64,000 nt of DNA from a virus, in IMG/VR virus record IMGVR_UViG_3300011116_000416, positions 1-64,000 of that record, one strand, 5' to 3'. The notes under the pieces are model-generated. The model was not told the DNA's origin. It saw nothing but the letters and a program-made list of their open reading frames with translations, and made no database searches. The position numbers and the translations under genes are program-made. Positions 59,401-64,000 of this stretch are shown here, in pieces (within the stretch, counting starts at the first letter, position 1; every line of letters begins with the position of its first letter).

Positions 59401-60044
59401 TCCATGAATGATTTTGCAGCCGCTGTACCAGCCATTGTTAGAGGTACGGTAAAACCAACCATAAGCTGACGACCAGCCCATTGTGTGTTTTTACCAAAGT
59501 TTAGAAGATTTGTAGAGCCTTGTTTTAAAAGCTGATTTAATAGTTGCTGTCTTTGTGCTGCAATCTGTGTTTTAGTAGATAAATTCTCCATGTCGAGAAT
59601 TAAGGGTCTTACCTTAATTGCTCGCATTGCACCATTTGCATCACGACCAAGTTTGATGTATTGGGTTTGTAGGTCTTTTACTCTTTCACGAGCAACCTTG
59701 TTTATTGTTTCAAACTCTGTTTTAAAGAATCTTCCAAAAGACCTGGATGATGCACCAGCATATCTAAAATATTCTCCAAGAGAAAGTTTATTCTTTTCAA
59801 GTGAATCTGTGAACTGTTCAGCAGATGATTTTACTGTTGTCATGCTAGCAGCAAATTTGTTGGTAGCATTAATAGAGTTTATTAAGTTTTGCTGTAGATT
59901 TCTTGCTTCCGCTGCGGCTTGAGCACCGCCTTTGGACATTTGGGTGTGGAAGGCTGAGATTTGAGTCTGAAGTTGCTTGATACTAGCCAATGCAGCACTA
60001 GTATCAATATTAACTTTAATATTGGACTGAATTTCGTCAGCCAT
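53490..60044 (-). CDS. Tape measure protein (2184 aa) with internal accessory domains
   Basis: TP901-type TMP core (AMKEGGVNASEGANALKSGL), hydrophobic segments, position after tail chaperones. Confidence 0.93.
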   Translation of the reverse strand: MADEIQSNIKVNIDTSAALASIKQLQTQISAFHTQMSKGGAQAAAEARNLQQNLINSINATNKFAASMTTVKSSAEQFTDSLEKNKLSLGEYFRYAGASSRSFGRFFKTEFETINKVARERVKDLQTQYIKLGRDANGAMRAIKVRPLILDMENLSTKTQIAAQRQQLLNQLLKQGSTNLLNFGKNTQWAGRQLMVGFTVPLTMAGTAAAKSFMEMEKAAIKFKRVYGDMFTTTEETNKVFNDIKKIAMEFTKFGLTVQDTMDMAATAAATGATGAKLLAQVTQANKLATLGAIDQQQALQTTISLVDAFGISAEDLTKKIDFLNAVENQTITSIEDLTIAIPKAAPVVRQLGGDVEDLTFFLTAMKEGGVNASEGANALKSGLASLINPTAKTSAMMKQMGIDINAIVEKDQGNLKQTVLNFASALDTLDPLNRARAIEQMFGKFQFSRLSTLFKNVADENSQANRVMELAARTPQQLAYISQKEMEKMQESTMYKFQESVAKLQAAMAPIGEQFMKVVTPIIDGITKILNAFNNLPDSVKNFAMILVAGVGGLGPVLLMTFGLIANGVANLIKLFANLKDFFNRTGKSSLDLGSQTKYMTTKQIEAAAVGASLEQVHSKLQQRFTVEAKAVDQLTAAYGRSIAAQRAFMGPIVSGDGTKRKAFAKGGIVRGPGTGTSDSIPAMLSNGEAVIPAKQTAKYSGLIQNMIMDNLPRFAAGGVINTAMANARSLFQLFGGKAAASRTPTLAFKMRGDALGQFIQEGQYKSLFHGVRSSAQDTQSQRALIEKATMGVPVGSGAGQRPVYGFLTSKEMVPTYYGTLYQGGTPTQLKKDSFGTHDPLTPEQRIEEEFLRLINPQSVALRKYGENTLFLKPEALARASISFGDTLTIWEQALKLGKKVPLVRKLFQTNKSSLAKTLKASKSIYKDSKMGAIPYIEAHLPGGFSIQDVERIGISNDFPERTAAKIVEVQKLLKENGLENISVFDLGTSSRELGKMFTSKHNYLANGGIISGPGSGTSDSILAMVSNGEAIIPAKQAQKYSGIVKGMIADSLPKFAKGTAGLKIKGPNDPTRAQASHLDILQAESLSSTLSEMIDLSPEIAEAKVMVYEIKQGAKGITEARQRHMTLLETIKQGYGTLFGTGRLYGGTTIPEAANINMAYNPLGIKGRASTLEASSEQGKLADERLLKIKNGEIKAREEEVSALKELSNRGTVASKALADVANADNERVAFARKTAKEALEASLISKQGLSVEKARIEAERLLTEQDKKIAALRTQGLTGSELSRKSALAYLTPSVINPYGKNVTSFSGTTSAEDRIKFATRAMATGTSEIYTPERFARRTGDVRRQARLVQLMGPWMGAGSGASRGKFAYEVEAIVEAAATNIIQQVQASAKEGVQKGFKKSTRMASPSREADAIGQNYGQSLNAGAKKKIKEAVITGEQLGAAATQGMRNGIAASSGTKYIPGMFATDFDGQGGILQGPRQGTRLERFKSRFNYALNSGVGRASAGLQKIDRNRVMGVGFGLSSTVGMASMMPGPVGQIAGQAAGPVMLMSTLTSMFPNLISGFGALLPAITPLLPVFGGLALAVGGLTLLYNQEQERKKKEYKAIHDLGNAATLTSKKIKTLGDFFGIAPNEKSPLETAKISAGLTKDVGQMQSTAALLGLPEFKKEFGSTIDALKKATAEETRNLMTSLTVGLRGKGFKDDMIQTVMNALRQSSGKSNIAFDVNKITNKAVQENIGYQISTAEKIVAANMPKPVSGQTGYYGTKAQDFGRYNFGNNQRTPEQLKTDKALYTTGANLSTMLKGFSSQFKEGTLDIKAFNAQFDNLGEKLNNIKDKSVAIKLLNIAVNNLPSSIKTTVQGLKDINDKLLIIKASSLGIEVTKSQADILSGKGKLAGASPRVQEAAKQWTRNSLTNAISEIMDAITDSLEQQKTPAEIAQDIAIKKQSRLNAAMTLLGKQEDAINKKYDARLKKLDEIQKANDKIAQQQRGQLDLADALSRGDISAAAGIVTGIRAQNAQSALEDQRAGINAAREAELAGATVTVGGKKYTKQDLQEMLNALEYADLTKTLGSGSFAGYARKPFAKGGLVSYFAFGGAARGTDIVPAMLTPGEFVIKKSAVDRIGAAKLGSINNGASIGDSVYNYSINVNVRSDSNPDTIAQAVLTQIRRIDNMRVRGNTI

Positions 60045-60063
60045 CCATGAACACCCTCTTTAA

Positions 60064-60381
60064 TTAAATATTACCAAGAAGCGATGTGCCTGACAAATCA
60101 ATGCCAGATGCTTCGTTGATAATCTTATAAACCATCGGAAGATTCAAGATTTCTTCCAGGTCAACCTCTTTTTCCAAGAGCTTTGGCTCATATTGTTTTA
60201 GTGCAATTTTCACACACTCTACAAGCAAAGCCAAAGATTTTTCGTTGTCTTCAGCGACCGCAGAGATTTCATCAAACTTCTTCATAAATTCACGAAGAAG
60301 AGAAATCTTCAGTGGTCTAACTGTGATGGATGTTCCATCAAGTAGTTCTACTGTTGTTGCTTCATTAACAGTTACTGCCAT
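60064..60381 (-). CDS. Tail assembly chaperone (short paralog)
   Basis: Position before TMP; homologous to N-terminus of 60429..61136. Confidence 0.75.
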   Translation of the reverse strand: MAVTVNEATTVELLDGTSITVRPLKISLLREFMKKFDEISAVAEDNEKSLALLVECVKIALKQYEPKLLEKEVDLEEILNLPMVYKIINEASGIDLSGTSLLGNI

Positions 60382-60428
60382 TATTCCTCCTTTTAAGGTC
60401 TTATTAAATTATAACATAAATAAGGCTT

Positions 60429-61136
60429 TTATTCTGTCATTACTTCGTAATCAAGTCCCATGCCTATACCAAATCCAAGCTGTTGTGCTCTTACTCCCTG
60501 TAGTGCTGTTACATCATTAGGATTGCCATCACCAATACCGCTTAATTTTGCCGAAACTCTTGCTTTCATTGCTTCCCAAGGGTCTTCTTGAGCCTTTCCG
60601 CTAGCTTCATCAAGGTCTATGCCTTTTAGTGATGCTGTAAATTTTTTATCTTGATAATCTGATTCTCGTTTAGATTCTAATGTTGCAAATAATTCTGCTA
60701 ATGATAATGACTTTTCTAGTTCTTCATAATCCTTCCAAATTCCCAACAAGAATATTTCTGATTCTAACTTTGCTAAATCCAGGGTATCCCAAGTACTTTT
60801 ACTTTTAGAATCACTGTCTATATTATTATTCTCTTTTGAGCCATTTTCGTCAGTTGTAAATTTAATACCAGAACAATATTCAATCAGATTATACATATTC
60901 TTCATGTCTAGCGAATCTTCTAGCTGTTCTTTGGTTTTTATTATTGGGTAATATTGAGCCATAGCAATTAGGGAGCATTCAATGAGTACATCCAATGGGT
61001 CTTCTGTGGTTGGTTTATCTAATTCGTCAAACTTGTCCATAAACTGCCTTAGATAGTATATCTTTAGTGGACCTATCAAAAGGGCTGTGCCATCAATCAG
61101 CTCTATGTACTTTGTTTCATATATTTTTGTGCTCAT
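60429..61136 (-). CDS. Tail assembly chaperone (long paralog)
   Basis: Between tail tube and TMP; ELIDGT...PLKI..LRQFM.KFDE. Confidence 0.75.
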   Translation of the reverse strand: MSTKIYETKYIELIDGTALLIGPLKIYYLRQFMDKFDELDKPTTEDPLDVLIECSLIAMAQYYPIIKTKEQLEDSLDMKNMYNLIEYCSGIKFTTDENGSKENNNIDSDSKSKSTWDTLDLAKLESEIFLLGIWKDYEELEKSLSLAELFATLESKRESDYQDKKFTASLKGIDLDEASGKAQEDPWEAMKARVSAKLSGIGDGNPNDVTALQGVRAQQLGFGIGMGLDYEVMTE

Positions 61137-61154
61137 TTATCTATTATAGCAAAA

Positions 61155-61182
61155 ACTGCCCCAGGAATCCCCAGGGCAGTTC
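61155..61182 (-). terminator. Terminator after major tail gene
   Basis: AACTGCCC...GGGCAGTT hairpin followed by T tract on the minus strand. Confidence 0.6.
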
Positions 61183-61206
61183 TCTATATTCAATTATTAT
61201 TAAATT

Positions 61207-61914
61207 TTAGTAGGTGCGGTCGATAATCTTTCCGTAAGCACCAGAGTCATCTGGTAGAAGGCGGAACTCTACATCGAACATGCTTGCAGCATCACGCTTT
61301 GCAGAAACAGTTACAGAGCTAATCGAGATAACTCGATATGCAATGTATACACGCTCTGTCTGGTCTGTTGTACCAGCACCAGAAGCAAACGCTGCCTGTG
61401 GTCCAGGACCAACAGCAACCAAGCTTCTTTCTACTGGGTAATCACCCAAGTCACCAGAAGTAAGGTCGATGTATCTACCCTGAGAAGTTGAACCTTCTGT
61501 CCACGATGGAACAGTTACAGTTACAACAGTTCCGCTTGCAGTTGCACCAGTTGTGTAGCTGTTTACGGAACCCTTCTGACCGATAGAAATTAGAAGATTT
61601 TCTAATGTTGCCTCGGCAAAAGATGTTCTCAGAGTTACTGTCATTCCAGACTTGAAAAGCTTTGCTACGTCTAGAAGCTGGTCCACCATTACATCACCAA
61701 ATGTTGGGTTAAATGTAATGTCAACACCATTGCTTGTGTAGCCAACGTTAGTTACGTTAGCTGAGTTTGTACAGATATCCTTGTAAGAAACACCGTTAGT
61801 AAAAGCTGGCTGGTTAGTAGTTGATGTACTAGTCCAAGTTTTATCTGGTTTCGACAAGAATAGAGCAGCAGCACCAACGATGATGTTGGCGTTTGTACCT
61901 CTTGAATATGCCAT
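61207..61914 (-). CDS. Major tail (tube) protein
   Basis: NIIVGAA.LF, VGYTSNGV, VDQLLD, EATLENL, FDVEFRLLP. Confidence 0.88.
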   Translation of the reverse strand: MAYSRGTNANIIVGAAALFLSKPDKTWTSTSTTNQPAFTNGVSYKDICTNSANVTNVGYTSNGVDITFNPTFGDVMVDQLLDVAKLFKSGMTVTLRTSFAEATLENLLISIGQKGSVNSYTTGATASGTVVTVTVPSWTEGSTSQGRYIDLTSGDLGDYPVERSLVAVGPGPQAAFASGAGTTDQTERVYIAYRVISISSVTVSAKRDAASMFDVEFRLLPDDSGAYGKIIDRTY

Positions 61915-61980
61915 ATTTTTTCACCTCTTATTCATATGCAAAATATGGGCGTGTTTCCTCTGTATAATTATACCATGCTT

Positions 61981-62505
61981 TTATGGTTGTTCCATCATGT
62001 GGTAATCGTAATAAATGATTATCTTATTACCAGCATAAGTTCTGGCTGTGCCAAAGTCGATAACGTCTCTGGTTTCTTGCAGCTGAAATACTTTAAAACT
62101 ATGGAATATAAAGTTTGGCTCAATTGATGTTCCGTCAACTGTGATTGACCCCTTTGTTCCACACCATCTGTTTAGTTCATCTGCTGTTTCATCTTCACGG
62201 TCCATTAACCTTAGCGTTTCTTCTGTAATCTTTACCATGTTTAATACCGAATTTTCTGCTGTTGCATAGAAATAGTACAGCAACTGTTCGCACTTGATGT
62301 GTGGGAATGGACTTTTACGCATTCTTATCATGCGGTCATAGGTAGCCATTACACCGCTTGATGGGAATGATTCTGTGAGGTTGTTGATTGTGGATGGTAC
62401 CGATGGAAAAAATGGCATTGTGTCAAAGCCCAGTGTTTCTAGCTTTTCCTGCAAATATGCATTTATCCATAGCACTGGTGTGTTTAATACCGATGTTTTA
62501 GACAT
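61981..62505 (-). CDS. Tail terminator-like protein
   Basis: Position upstream of tail tube. Confidence 0.6.
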   Translation of the reverse strand: MSKTSVLNTPVLWINAYLQEKLETLGFDTMPFFPSVPSTINNLTESFPSSGVMATYDRMIRMRKSPFPHIKCEQLLYYFYATAENSVLNMVKITEETLRLMDREDETADELNRWCGTKGSITVDGTSIEPNFIFHSFKVFQLQETRDVIDFGTARTYAGNKIIIYYDYHMMEQP

Positions 62506-63178
62506 TTAGACCTCCTGCATTAGCAATCCAATTATATCCTACTTCCAAACCTTTTGCTTTACCTCCAGTTTTTGCGGCACGAAGGTTGTCGTTATATGGC
62601 TTGGCGTTTGATAAATACTTTCTAATTCCAGTTGCCTCTAGCACGGATTGCCTAAAATGGTCTTTAAAGAAGTTAATAAATATTCTTTCAAATGAGCCAA
62701 CGACTCTAGTTCCTCCTGGATTGTCAATAAGCACTGGACCAGAAACAAAGATATCTTCTGTTCCTATGTTAAACTTAAGAGCCTTGGCTGTCTTTGGTTT
62801 AATCCTAACAGAGATGCCCTTTTCCATAATTGTTGCTTTGTTATAAAATGGAACATTTGAGCCATTCTTGATAGATGTTGATTGCTTTAATGTGCCATAA
62901 AACGATATGCCACCGCCACTAACTGAGTAGTCTATGTCAAACAATCTACCTTCTGGTGAGCCTTCCATGTACCATTCATAGATGTGGTGATACATTTCTG
63001 GACTTACCCTGGCTTGCTGGTCTATAAACTGTTTAAGGATTTCGATAGTGTCTTTTGCTATTGCTTTGGCAAATTCTGGCTTTGCTTTTTCTGCACCCTC
63101 TAGAAATCCTTCAGAGTATCCAAGGATATTCTCCATATCTCTAAAGAATTGCTTATCATCAAACTTAACAGTTATCAT
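62498..63178 (-). CDS. Neck / tail-completion protein
   Basis: Position in head-tail connector block. Confidence 0.6.
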   Translation of the reverse strand: MITVKFDDKQFFRDMENILGYSEGFLEGAEKAKPEFAKAIAKDTIEILKQFIDQQARVSPEMYHHIYEWYMEGSPEGRLFDIDYSVSGGGISFYGTLKQSTSIKNGSNVPFYNKATIMEKGISVRIKPKTAKALKFNIGTEDIFVSGPVLIDNPGGTRVVGSFERIFINFFKDHFRQSVLEATGIRKYLSNAKPYNDNLRAAKTGGKAKGLEVGYNWIANAGGLNV

Positions 63179-63621
63179 AGGTCTACCGCCTGATTGTCTG
63201 AACGAGTAATGACTAATTTGTAGTGGTCAACGTTGCCAAAAGGACCAACTACTGGATTTGATGTCGATAGCTCAAAGATTGTTGGCTGACCCTTTCTTGG
63301 TCCTGCTGACTCTGTGTAAATATAGTTTCCTTGACTATCCCTAATATTAGTGATGACAATGTTGGTTATAGCATATAAGTCATTGCCGTTTGATGCAGTT
63401 AAGTCATTTCTTGTTCTTCCAACATAGGAGTTGTCTATGGTAATGTTTGGCTCTGGTCTAACGTCTTCTTTAAACTTTCTACCTGCTGGATTAAAGAAAC
63501 AAGCAATTGTTCTATCTAAAACCCACTGCTTTTTTAGATTACCATAAGCACCTGTTTCAATTATAGGATAGTAAACATCTGCTAAAAGTGGATAGATAAA
63601 ATCGGTATTTTCGCATATCAT
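63175..63621 (-). CDS. Head-closure (stopper)-like protein
   Basis: Position; ADVYYP...YG...W..DRTIAC. Confidence 0.6.
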   Translation of the reverse strand: MICENTDFIYPLLADVYYPIIETGAYGNLKKQWVLDRTIACFFNPAGRKFKEDVRPEPNITIDNSYVGRTRNDLTASNGNDLYAITNIVITNIRDSQGNYIYTESAGPRKGQPTIFELSTSNPVVGPFGNVDHYKLVITRSDNQAVDL

Positions 63622-64000
63622 TATAGTACTGATGGCTTGAAGTTGCTGCCCTTATAGTTGTTAAGAATCTTATCAACGAGCATGTTGCCAGTTCCTTCCA
63701 AGAATTGTGGAGCAAATTTAATGTTGAATTGGTCAGTGCTATATTGCGTGACGAAACGCTTATAATAGTCGTTTGTACCACATTTTAGCTCTTCTACAAG
63801 AATTGTTGCTGCTCTCTCTACATCTGGTGGAATAGTCTTGTGTCCAGCATCAAGAACAAAGGTGTAGTCGTAGCCTTCTGGGAATGCAACATAGCCACTT
63901 CTAGAACCAGAATATAGACCCAAGTCTCCAGTAGCAGCTGGTATCCTTAATGGCGTTGATTCACTCCTATTATAAATTCCATTTGCCTCTACCCTCGCAA
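63621..64000 (-). CDS. Head-tail adaptor protein (5' truncated)
   Basis: FPEGYDY...G...IPPDVERAA..L; frame appears to continue to the window edge. Confidence 0.65.
   Translation of the reverse strand, partial: ARVEANGIYNRSESTPLRIPAATGDLGLYSGSRSGYVAFPEGYDYTFVLDAGHKTIPPDVERAATILVEELKCGTNDYYKRFVTQYSTDQFNIKFAPQFLEGTGNMLVDKILNNYKGSNFKPSVL

Noticed and set aside
53623-59922. Numerous + strand ORFs antisense to the tape measure and replication genes
   Set aside because: Shadow ORFs caused by codon bias of the real minus-strand genes; no RBS or recognisable motifs
1-64000. Alternative genetic code / stop-codon reassignment
   Set aside because: Long conserved genes translate intact with the standard code, and none of the five tRNAs is a suppressor

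Overview
The window is a 64-kb segment of a large, AT-rich tailed phage (siphovirus-like: long tape measure, tail tube, no sheath seen). The host is most likely an actinobacterium, judging from a WhiB-family gene, a DnaE-type polymerase, many apparently leaderless transcripts and an MSMEG_6728-like glycosylase. Layout: (1) 1-13.1 kb, + strand: an early/host-takeover region of small, mostly acidic ORFs, with 19 copies of an unusual promoter TGTCAGTGG-N7-TATAAT, recurrent TGCCGACC/ATAAC-N6-RTWAY/TTACGA intergenic boxes, five copies of a covarying RNA pseudoknot and a tRNA-Glu. (2) 13.1-13.9 kb: a convergent junction with strong promoters firing into a DnaA-box cluster (putative origin). (3) 14-31 kb: auxiliary genes (pstS with a PHO-like box, a glycosyltransferase/epimerase cluster, GroES, thioredoxin, Dps, Hsp20 with a ROSE-like thermometer, WhiB, M23 peptidase, 4 tRNAs, and a PA14 surface protein with a candidate -1 programmed frameshift). 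(4) 31-45 kb: terminase and replication/recombination genes (RuvC, Cas4-like nuclease, RecA, MazG, DnaE, SSB, primase, helicase). (5) 45-64 kb: tail module, including a tape measure protein with a repeat-flanked DUF3626-like insert and duplicated tail chaperones. All calls come from reading the sequence by eye; no database searches were run.
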